From: Chiloscyllium plagiosum
Lineage: Eukaryota
Length of the DNA: 20,000 bases
Direction: 5' to 3'
NCBI RefSeq assembly: GCF_004010195.1
Contig: NC_057757.1
Coordinates: forward strand, 1,778,649 to 1,798,648
Made by a program: the position numbers and the translations under genes. Positions 10,843-19,075 of the stretch are shown in pieces. Each line of letters starts with the position of its first letter. The first letter of the stretch is position 1. The notes below the pieces were generated by a model. That model was not told where the DNA came from and made no database searches. It worked only from the letters and a program-made list of their open reading frames with translations.

Positions 10843-11512
10843 ATAGAGTCATACAGCATGGAAACAGAACCTTCAATCCAACCAGTCCATGCCAAACTAA
10901 GTGAGTCCCACCTGCCTGCTCCTGGCCCATGTCCCTCCAAACCTTTCCTATTCATGTACTTATCCAAATGTCCTTTAAACATTGCAATTGTACCCTCATG
11001 CCTTTTTTAAAACCTTTCTTCTCTCACTTTAAAAATGTGTCCCCTAATCTTGAAATTCCCCACTCCAGGGAAAAGACAACTACCATTAACTCTATCCGTA
11101 CCCCTCATTATTTTATCAACTTCTATCAAACTGCCTCTCAAGCTCTGATGCTCCAGTGAAAAAGGTCCCAGCCTTTCTTTATAACTCAAATTTTCCATAC
11201 CTTGCAACATCCTGGTGAATCTCTTCTGAAGCCTCTCCAGCTTGATGATATCCTTCCTACAACTGGCAACCAGAACTGGACACAGTATTCCAGAAGAGAC
11301 CTCACCAACATCCTGTACAACTTCAACATGATATCCCAACTCCTATACTCAAACGACTGAAGGCAAGTGTGCCGAATGCCTTTTGAATCACCCTGTCGAG
11401 ATGTGACGTAAACTTCAAAGAATTATGTCCCTGCACCCCTAGATCCCTCTGTTCCACAACACCACCCAAGCCCTTACCATTAATTGTATAAGCCCTGCTC
11501 TTGTTTGTTGTT
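10843..11512 (-). mobile_element. CR1/HER1-type LINE 3' fragment
   Basis: ORF 11007-11339 reads RKDIIKLERLQKRFTRML...LRGSLIEVDKIMRG...RGHIFKVR. The 3' tail tgctgtatgactctat lies at about 10843-10858 (minus strand). Confidence 0.9.
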
Positions 11513-11561
11513 ACTTTTGAGTATAATCAGAAAAATAAATGAAGAGACGGTTGTTAAAATC

Positions 11562-11567
11562 TTTATT
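11562..11567 (-). promoter_or_regulatory. Candidate polyadenylation signal AATAAA
   Basis: Plus-strand tttatt at 11562-11567, about 470 nt after the stop codon, with a U-rich element downstream. An alternative ATTAAA lies at 11639-11644 inside the PLE insert. Confidence 0.5.
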
Positions 11568-11593
11568 ACAAGTAAGATGTCTTAAAAGAAAGT

Positions 11594-11770
11594 TCATGCA
11601 TTTTGAAATCACACAACACCAGGTTATAGTCCAACAGATTTAATTGGAAGCACTAGCTTTCGGATCGCCACTCCTTCATCAGGTAATCCTGGACTATAAC
11701 CTGGTGTTGCGTGATTTTTAACTTTGTACACCCCAGTCCAACACCAACATCTCCAAATCATGCATTTTGA
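11594..11770. mobile_element. Penelope-like (PLE) pLTR-derived mini-element with inverted arms and a 13-bp TSD
   Basis: TSD tcatgcattttga at 11594-11606 and 11758-11770. Inverted repeat aaatcacacaacaccaggttatagtcca (11606-11633) / tggactataacctggtgttgcgtgattt (11690-11717). Contains a hammerhead core. Confidence 0.8.
11651..11685 (-). ncRNA. Minimal type I hammerhead ribozyme motif (PLE-associated)
   Basis: Minus strand: UAC CUGAUGA A GGAGUGGCGAUCC GAAA GCUA GUG. Core CUGAUGA and GAAA intact; stem I UAC/GUG; stem II GGA/UCC, then a G-A mismatch; palindromic AGCU stem III with a CUA cleavage triplet. Confidence 0.65.
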
Positions 11771-12034
11771 CTTCTGGAAAAAAAAGAACACTTATGCAAC
11801 ACAGTGCAGTCTTGGGGATTTTAACAACACCGGCATTAAAAAAGTCTTAATATTACATTCACATGAATTGTAGTGCTTCTTTGGGTCCCCTTGACTTTTC
11901 ATTTGGGCTTAGCACTGCTGAACATATGTAAGAGTATTGGTTCATTTTAAAACGATTAAAAATGAAACGGATCAAAAACATTTGAGGTTTCCAACTAGTT
12001 AGAGGAAGGAAATTGAATCAAAGTGTGCTGTACA

Positions 12035-12202
12035 TTAATCTGGTGTGTATTTCCTAGGATCTCCTGGAAACGGGAATTCTGGTGCTTGGTTGAAGTGCCC
12101 TGTGAGAAAAATCGTCACAGTGCCGATGGTAAAGAGGAGAAGCGCAATCCAGAAACAAGCCTTGTCGATAACCTTTCCGATCAGAATCCAGTTTTCATTC
12201 TC
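12035..12202 (-). CDS. chrne: Last coding exon (end of MA helix, M4, extracellular C-terminus) of a muscle nicotinic acetylcholine receptor epsilon/gamma-type subunit (Torpedo 'gamma'-like)
   Basis: Minus strand reads ttctgttctttcag|GAG AAT GAA AAC TGG... = [55 protein letters not shown] (55 aa + TAA at 12035-12037), phase 0. Nearly identical to the recalled Torpedo AChR gamma C-terminus ([54 protein letters not shown]). The chrne versus chrng symbol is an inference. Confidence 0.95.
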   Translation of the reverse strand, partial: ENENWILIGKVIDKACFWIALLLFTIGTVTIFLTGHFNQAPEFPFPGDPRKYTPD

Positions 12203-12559
12203 CTGAAAGAACAGAACTTACATTTTGTTGTTATAATTTCAACTGTTCTGGGGCATAAGTTCAGCTGTAACTAAACGCTAAAACATTGATTTAGTTATAT
12301 GAAAAATAGACATCCCTTACCAGAAGCATTAAGGGATGGTACTTGCTTTTCAGGAATCAGATAGTGTATGTTGCAGACTACTGACACATACACTAGATGA
12401 AAAAGTACAAGCACAATCATTCAAAATTTACAGCTAAACTGTCCGAAATGGAAAATACTGATGACACAAAGTTGACAGGTATTTTATTGACCTGTTTTTG
12501 AACTCATTCAGTACTTGCTTAAATCAATTTGTACCTTTGTAGTTTTAAACAGATACTTT

Positions 12560-12695
12560 GGCAGCAGGATTCCAACTTATGTAATAAGTTCCTATTCTTC
12601 AACATCATAACCCCTTTAAAAGTATTTAATTGGATTGGAATCACTTTGAGACATCCTCAAGTTATGGAAGTTACTACATGAATGTAAGTTCTTTT
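12560..12695 (+). mobile_element. Decayed L2/DeuSINE-type 3' tail
   Basis: aattgg...cactttgagacatcctcaagttatggaagttactacatgaatgtaagttctttt resembles the recalled shark L2/SacSINE tail (gcgctttgggacgtcctgaggtcgtgaaaggcgctatataaatgcaagtctt). Confidence 0.45.
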
Positions 12696-12714
12696 GATGT
12701 TAAGAACAATTGAC

Positions 12715-13430
12715 AGGATTGACAAGTGGCGAGTAACATTTGCGTCATACAATGGCAGTCAATCACCACCTGAAACAGCGAATTTAATCATCATCCCTTG
12801 ACATTCAATAGCATTACCATCATTATTGATCGTTGACTATTCATTACTGAATCCTCTACTATCCAGAACCTGGAGGTCACCATTGACCGGAAGCTGAACC
12901 ATACTACCCATGTCAGTACTGTAGCTACAAGAGCAGTCAAATGCTTGACATTTTGCAGCGCCTAAACTCCTTCCTGATTCCCCAAAGCCTGTCTATTGTC
13001 TACAAGACACAAGTTAGGATTGTGATGGAATACTTGCATGGATGAGGGAAACTATAACAACAGTTAAGAAGCTTGATACCATCCAGGGACCAGGGAAAAG
13101 CAACCTGCTTGACTGATACCACGTCCACAAGCATTCATACCCTCCAAGACCGATGTTCAGTGTGTACAAGATGCACTGCAGAAATTCACCAAGGCACCTT
13201 CAAACCCCCACAACCACCATACTGAACGTGGAAGTATATCACTGTTCCTTCAGTATCACTCAAAATCCTGGAACTCCCTCCCAAATGGCATTGAGAGTTT
13301 ATCTACAGCAAATGGACTGCAATGGTTCAAGTAGGCAGCTCACTACCACCTTCTCAAAGGCAGCTAGGGATGGGCATGAAATACTGGTCAAGTCAGTAAT
13401 GCTCACATTTCCATCAGTGAATTAAAAAAA
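12715..13430 (+). mobile_element. Non-LTR LINE 3' part (CR1/L2-superfamily shark family), in the last nAChR intron
   Basis: Motifs gacaagtggcgagtaacatttgcg (DKWxVTFA), ggtcaccattgaccggaagctgaac (VTIDxKLN) and tacaagacacaagttagg (YKxQVR). The 3' end is ctagggatgggcatgaaatactgg...gtgaattaaaaaaa. A second copy lies at 16545-17430. Confidence 0.8.
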
Positions 13431-13534
13431 AGCTCACTTAGCAATGTCAGATCTGGAAGAATGTGTAGGCTTCAGGATCAAATCACATTTGAAGCATCAG
13501 AGTAGCATGTGGAAATTCACAAGACTAAATTACA

Positions 13535-13730
13535 GCAACAACAATAATTTGCAGTTATGAAGCATCTGTAGCAAGTTGTCCAGTCTGCTGCATGGATACA
13601 TTACCAATTTGACACCAAGCCACACGAGGAGATATTAAGATAGATCAGAGATAATTCTTAAATAAAGTCTTAAAAGATAAAGGAAGAAGCAGACAGGTGG
13701 AGTTTAGGAAGGCAATTTCGATAGGTAGCA
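13535..13730 (-). mobile_element. Decayed L2 LINE 3' end
   Basis: caacaataatttgc...aatttgacaccaagccacacgaggagatatta...gtcttaaaaga...gtttaggaaggcaatttc resembles the recalled reverse complement of shark L2 3' ends. Confidence 0.5.
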
Positions 13731-13732
13731 GG

Positions 13733-13815
13733 ACTTTAGTTTAACAGCTCATCTAAAAGATGACACATCCAACAATGTAGCATTCCTCAGTACATGCACA
13801 GGGAATGTTTGATTA
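13733..13815 (-). mobile_element. DeuSINE (SacSINE1/AmnSINE1-like) fragment
   Basis: gtttaacagctcatctaaaagatgacacatccaacaatgtagcattcctcagtac matches 14783-14835 (gtttaacatttcatctaaaagga...) and the recalled Deu-domain SINE sequence. Confidence 0.5.
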
Positions 13816-13879
13816 GTTTGGTTTCTAGAAACCTATAATTACAAGCTTATAACCAATTGACATCCCTGCATATACTCAC

Positions 13880-14013
13880 AGATTCAAAATCATTCTGTTC
13901 TTTTGTGCTTTTGGCAATAAAGTTACAGGCATCAACGCAGGTTTTTATGTCTGGGCCAAAGTGAGCCAGGTTTCTGTATAGATCAACTGTGGTTCCAATA
14001 TCAATGTCTGAAC
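13880..14013 (-). CDS. chrne: Penultimate coding exon (M3-M4 loop, MA amphipathic helix) of the same nAChR epsilon/gamma-type subunit
   Basis: Minus strand: gttttgtatttccatttcactcag|GT TCA GAC ATT ... GAA TCT|gtgagt. 134 bp = 2 nt + 44 codons: [44 protein letters not shown], matching recalled Torpedo gamma [44 protein letters not shown]. Splices in phase 0 to the exon at 12202. Upstream exons were not found and probably lie beyond 20000. Confidence 0.95.
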
Positions 14014-14544
14014 CTGAGTGAAATGGAAATACAAAACTTATTATCTAAAAACTGCAGAATAAAAATCACTTTTTTTTTCACCTTGTATTCTCCCTCCACT
14101 GCCTCGAATGTGCAGCAGTGAAAATAATGTTTCAGCAATTTGCTAGGAAATATTTATTTACAGTATTTAGAGAATCATAACGATTTTGATCTGACACTTG
14201 AGAGGTGAATTTGAGCAAACAGGATATCCTCAGAGAGGCCCCACTCTAGCAAATTCTAGGCGAATGACTTGTGAGAAACAGAATATAGAGTCATCCCATC
14301 CCGCTCCAGATGACATCCTGGAAAATATAGAGTGCAGAGGTTCATCAGACTCTTCAGACAGTGTTGGAAGAGCTGCAGACAGAATTCAACATGGGGTTGT
14401 GGGATTTTTGGAAGGTTCTTATTGAACCATGACCTTACATGATGTGTATACACTTGCATTCAGTCATGCTGTCACTCTCAGGCATTGTAGAGCTACATGC
14501 GATGGCTGAAATTTTCTCTCCCTCTTTGCTCAATTCTCCAATAT

Positions 14545-14912
14545 TTCAGCCAAGGCAATGCTTTGAAAGTGAAAGCCACTACTGTAATATAGAAAACACT
14601 GGAGGCATATCCTGCACAGTAAACTCCCCTCCAACAGTGATGTTACAATGTTTTGGTAATCAAGGGATTTAAGGGGAATTAGTTTGAGGGATTAAATATA
14701 AACTGGGTAGAATTCATCTGCATTCCTGAAAAATACCCCCTTTGGATGTTTAATTTCTGCATGAGTGAACAGAGGGGCCTCAGTTTAACATTTCATCTAA
14801 AAGGAAGATCTAGCAGCACAGCACTGTTTCAGCATCATACTAGAATGTTACTCTAGAATGGGATTTGACGTACAATCTCCTGAAGCAAGGGAAGCATTGA
14901 ACCCCAGCTGAA
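14545..14912 (-). mobile_element. Decayed DeuSINE (SacSINE1-like)
   Basis: Successive recalled blocks: tttgaaagtgaaagccactactgtaatatagaaaacac; tttgagggattaaata; ggggcctcagtttaacatttcatctaaaag; gaatgggatttgac (tRNA-head-like end). Confidence 0.6.
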
Positions 14913-15289
14913 ACCAGCAACTAACGCAATGCTGACCAGCAGCTGAAGCTTTGCAATTTGCATAACTATAAAGTAGAAACTGTTGGTATAGCTCCTAATA
15001 AGTAATACAAACAATATTTACTGACAAACATGTAGCATTTGATGTAAAACTGCTAAAAGATTTATATCTTGATTATGTTTCAGAACAAGGAGAAATTTCC
15101 TGAAGTTCCCTCATTTTGGCATTTTTCCATGTGGTCATTCACCTCTTGCTAGACATTAGATTGCAACCAATAATAAATTATTTGATTTAAATAGTGGACT
15201 ATTGTGCTGAGTTAGCTTGACATGTTTCAGACGTTTCCAAGGCAAAATGCTCAGAACATTTAGGAATCCTAGCATGCTCTCGAGGAGAA

Positions 15290-15490
15290 CAAATTTCAGC
15301 CTAGATAAAAACTGAAAGAAATGTGGATGCTGTAAATCAGAAACAAAAACAGAAGTTGCTGGAAAAGCTCAGCACGTCTGGCAGTATCTGTGAAGAGAAA
15401 TCGAGTTAACTTTTTGGGTCAGGTTCCGAGGATGGGTCAACAGAGCTGATTTATCAGCAACTTCTGTTTTTGTTTCAAATTTCAGTTTAG
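15290..15490. mobile_element. PLE-derived fold-back mini-element with a degenerate 15-bp TSD
   Basis: Flanks caaatttcagcctag (15290-15304) and caaatttcagtttag (15476-15490). Perfect 22-bp inverted repeat gaaacaaaaacagaagttgctg (15340-15361) / cagcaacttctgtttttgtttc (15455-15476). Confidence 0.75.
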
Positions 15491-15864
15491 GCCTTGTTAG
15501 ATTACTGTACTGGTGTTAGTTCCCTTTCTCTACCGAAATGGAAATTGTCTTCTGCAATAATATTACTTCACTTCAGTTAGGTCACATTATCTTATGGAGA
15601 ACAAGATAAAACTTCTTCAAGAGTGTTTGAGAATTTGCTGTGTTTACTCAGAATATACTGATATTTCCATAATATGCTTGAGAGAAGTGTTGGTATTCTC
15701 AGGAGTTTGATAATAACCCGCAGCACATCCCTGGAAATCTGTTAATACTCGCAGTGAGACCTTTGTAGTGTCTAGGAATGAAGTGTCTAGGAATGTATCA
15801 GTTTCTACAGGATATTCTGCAGGTGTAGACTTGGAGTCCCACAAATGGGCATTTTAAAATCCTG

Positions 15865-16070
15865 TTTCTTTATTATGGTAGATAGCCAGTGCTGGCAAGC
15901 CCAGCACTTGCTACCCATCCAGAATTGCCCTTCATTTGAGTAACTTTTCCAATTATTCCAGGAAGGGTGTGTGGTAAGATGGGTTAGAATCAGACATGAG
16001 GGATGTCATAAGATAGGGTAGGTAGTCAAAGAAGCGCTTTTGATAAGAATTCTTGCTGGGTTTCATGGTG
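15865..16070 (-). mobile_element. Decayed SINE or LINE 3' end related to the 13340-13430 tail
   Basis: gctggcaagcccagcacttgctacccatccagaattgccctt is the reverse complement of the aagggcaattagggatgggcaataaatgctgg-type 3' end. Confidence 0.45.
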
Positions 16071-16544
16071 ACAATCCTTCCAAAAAGATTCAGCGCAACT
16101 CGCACTTAACTGAAATAATGCAAGATTTGGCCCAATATTATTGTCTTTGGTTCAGGTTCATTTTTGCTTTGTTACATTCCTGGGAAATGCCTTGGGATAG
16201 CGAACTGGGTTGAAAGTTCTAAATGTAGGTAATTGTACCCATTTTCTCTCAATTATTGTGTCCTACTGCAGTCACCCTTCCAGCGTGTAATTAAGTAGGT
16301 TTCCCTCTATGTCACATGCATGTAGGCTATAGCCCCACTGCAGCAGAAATGTATCCATGATATGACCATGATGCCCTTTACAGCATCCTTTACTCATGAC
16401 GCTGAGAAGAGTTGCTGTTCTTTGTGACTAGATGCATTGGGCCCAGTTTCACTCTTCCGCTGTAGAAAGCGAGGGACTGTATTGGAATTTGGAATAGCCA
16501 TGCCAGTGAGCAAGTAGTCCCTCTCTGCAGAAGGTCTTTCATGC

Positions 16545-17430
16545 CCCAGGCTGAAATACTCTCAGTTGCTTCATCAATGACCTTCCCTCCGTCCTGAGAT
16601 CAGAAGTGTTCACTGATGACTGTGCAATATTCAGCACCACTGACAACTGTTCAGCAGCTGAGAAATCATGCAAGGCCCTCACGATATCCAGATTTGGACT
16701 GACAAGTGGAAGTCACAGAAAGTGAGCACTGCAGTGGCTGGAAATCAGAGTCGAGAGTGTGGTGCTGGAAAAGCATCCGAGGAGCAGGAGAATCAAAGTT
16801 TCAGGCAGAAGCCCTTCATCGGGAAAGTGGAAGTCACATTTGTGCCACACGTGCCAGGCAATCAGCATCTCCAACAAGAGACAACCATCAACATTTGACA
16901 TTCAATGGCATTACCATTGCTGAATTCCCCCACTACAAACATCCCAGGGCTCACTATTGATCAGAAACTGAACTGGACCAGCACATAAATACTGTAGCTA
17001 CAACAGCAAGTCAGATGCAAGGAACCCTGCAGTAAGTAACATGTCTGCTGACTCCCTTAAGCCTGTGCATCACCTACAAAATACAAATGAGGAGTATGAT
17101 AGAGTACTTCTCACTTAACTGACTGAGTGGACCCAACAACATACAAGAAGCTTGACACCATCCAGGAAAAAGCAGTTTGCTTGATTAGCCCCATGTTTGT
17201 GTTCCCTCCCTCGACCACCAGTGCTCAGTAGCAAAAGTGTGTACCATCTACCATCTAAGGCTCCTTAGGCAGCAACTTCTAACTTATGACTGCTATTATC
17301 TAGATGGATAAGGGAAATAGCTACATGGGAACATTACCACCTGCAAGTTCTCCTTCAAACCAACCAACACCAATCTGACTTGGAATTTGCTGGGTTTTTG
17401 CTGGATCAATTTCCTGGAACTCCCTCCCTG
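16545..17430 (+). mobile_element. Non-LTR LINE ORF2 fragment (same family as 12715-13430), interrupted by a PLE mini-insert
   Basis: ttgcttcatcaatgaccttccctcc (CFINDLPS), ttcactgatgactgtgcaata (FxDDC), attgatcagaaactgaactggaccagc (IDQKLNWTS). aagaagcttgacaccatccagg is shared with 13066-13087. Confidence 0.8.
16704..16838 (-). mobile_element. Solo PLE pLTR fragment (107 bp) with a perfect 14-bp TSD
   Basis: aagtggaagtcaca at 16704-16717 and 16825-16838. The insert is homologous to the reverse complement of 2860-2990 and carries a degenerate hammerhead (ccgatgaagggcttctgcctgaaac on the minus strand). Confidence 0.8.
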
Positions 17431-17864
17431 ATGGCTGTAAAGATCATATTTCTTGCTTTTTATTTTCTTGATTATGGATAAAATGGGATAAGGACCGATC
17501 CGAAACCAAGAACTATGGGAAAGAGTTGTTGCACTTTCAAAATGACTGTACCGAAACTCATTATCAGCTGTGCTTACATTTTGCTTTGCAAGCAGTTGGG
17601 TAAGAGAGATAAGGTGCCGCACCAGGGGTGTGTGTGCAGAGTGAGATTGTTCCAGAAATACATTGCTGATTGGTTTATGCAGTTGTGACCAGAGCTGGAT
17701 TCCAGAAGTCATCTGCCTGATGACAATTGTCTGTCTGACTGCTGGGCACATAAACAGCTTGAGTGTTTAGGAGGGAATTAGGATGTTCAACTGTGCTATA
17801 ATTTAATATTGGACAATTCACAATAGACACCGCCCAAGACTCTGACCTTAAACAGGATGTCACA

Positions 17865-18273
17865 AACTCTGAAGTTTAGAAGGATGAGAGGGAATCTGAT
17901 TGAGTCGTATAAAATTATTAATGGATTGGACACACTGGAGGCAGAAAGCATGTTTCTGCTGATGGGTGAGTGCAGAAACAGAGGTCACAGTTTAAAAATA
18001 AGGGGTAGGCCATTTAGAACAGAGTTGAGGAGAAACTTCTTCACCCAGAGAGTGGTGGTTATATGGGATGCTCTGCCCCAGAAGGCAGTGGAGGTCAAGT
18101 CTGGATACATTCAAGAAAGAGATGGATAGAGGTGTTAAAGATAGTGGAATCAAGGATTATGGGGATAAGGTAGGAACAGGATACTGATTGTGGATGATCA
18201 GCCATGATCATAATGCATGGTGGTGCTGGCTCGAAGGGCAGAATGGCCTACTCCTGCACCTATTGTCTATTGA
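17865..18273 (+). mobile_element. 5'-truncated CR1 LINE 3' end
   Basis: ORF FRRMRGNLIESYKIINGLD...RGHSLKIRGRPFRTELRRNFFTQRVV. The 3'UTR reads gctggctcgaagggcagaatggcctactcctgcacctattgtctattg. Confidence 0.9.
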
Positions 18274-18274
18274 A

Positions 18275-18770
18275 ATAAAGAACCAAAGATGCTGAGGATC
18301 AGAAAAAAGACAGAAATTGCTGGAGAAACTCAGCAGGCATGGTGGCACAGTGATCAGTATTGCTGCCTCAACATACCAGGCGCCTAGGTCTGATTCCAGC
18401 CTTGGGTGACTGTCTTTGTGGCGTTTGCATGTTCTCCCTGTGTCTGCTCAGGTTCCCTCCAGTGATCTGGTTTCTTCCCACAATTCAATGAGGTGCAGGT
18501 TAGCTGTGTTAGCCATGGTTTAATTATGGTGCAGGAGGTGAGGTGGATCTGGGTGAAATGCTCTTCATAGGGTCAGTGCATTCTCAGTGAACTGAATAAT
18601 CTCTTTCTGCTCTGTAGGAGTTTATGATTCTGGGCTGCATTTGTGAACAGAAAGCAGAGTTAATATTTCAGGTCAGAACAAGACAAGCGACATTAGACTC
18701 GAAATGTTAACTCTGCTTTCTCTCCACATATTCTGCCAGACTTACTGAGTTTCTCAGCAATTTCTGATCT
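18275..18770. mobile_element. PLE-derived fold-back element, interrupted by a SINE
   Basis: Left arm cagaaattgctggagaaactcagcagg...[SINE]...gcatttgtgaacagaaagcagagttaatatttc; right arm gaaatgttaactctgctttctctccacatattctgccagacttactgagtttctcagcaatttctg is its reverse complement. Confidence 0.7.
18340..18630 (+). mobile_element. HE1-like tRNA-derived V-SINE
   Basis: Head ggtggcacagtg...gctgcctca...gattccagccttgggtgactgtc, V-domain gtttgcatgttctccctgtgtctgc...ggtttcttcccaca, and a HER1/CR1-like tail ctgtaggagtttatgattct. Confidence 0.8.
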
Positions 18771-18954
18771 AATTTCACTTTTATACATCAATGGGCAGTT
18801 CAGTTTATGACTTTTACAGGAGCAAGTGGGAGCTATTCAGTTTCGAGCCTGTTTTCCCGTAATAGGTTAGATTATGACTGTTCCTTATGAAAGCCTTTAC
18901 ATTCTTATCTAATAAAATATATCACTCATTATTTTGAAACATTCAAGTAGTCCA

Positions 18955-19075
18955 CATAGAGTCATGGGGGATGTACAGCACAGAAGCAGACCCTTCAGTC
19001 CAACACATCCATGCCAACCAGATATCCTAAGTTAATCTAGTCCCATTTGCCAGCACTTGGCCCACATCCCTCTAA
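18955..19075 (-). mobile_element. CR1/HER1-type LINE 3' tail, interrupted by a younger CR1
   Basis: catagagtcat...tacagcacagaagcagacccttcagtccaac...agtcccatttgccagcacttggcccacatccctctaaacc is homologous to 10843-10943. Confidence 0.75.

Larger units (their letters stand above)
11545..12034 (-). other. Inferred 3'UTR of the nAChR subunit gene
   Basis: Follows the TAA stop on the minus strand. The first AATAAA noted is at 11562-11567, followed by a U-rich tract (ttcatttatttttctg). The exact end is inferred. Confidence 0.55.

Noticed and set aside
12222..12264. Minus-strand ttacag|...|gtaagt mini-exon
   Set aside because: The donor is only about 19 nt from the last-exon acceptor, too short for an intron.
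12023..12274. 83-aa plus-strand ORF from the track
   Set aside because: Antisense shadow of the real nAChR last exon.
15200..15290. Possible collapsed remnant of the 5985-7080 PLE family (tttcagacgtttc; ggaatcctagcatg)
   Set aside because: Matches are too short to be sure.
15644..15844. 66-aa minus-strand ORF with a possible ttccag acceptor
   Set aside because: No recognisable homology and a weak donor; it does not match the receptor sequence.
17296..17751. 151-aa minus-strand ORF as a possible upstream receptor exon
   Set aside because: No resemblance to the expected M3-M4 loop exon (RRRSSFGIMIKAEEY-like); it partly overlaps a LINE relic.
18340..18410. tRNA-like sequence
   Set aside because: Degenerate SINE head; no cloverleaf.
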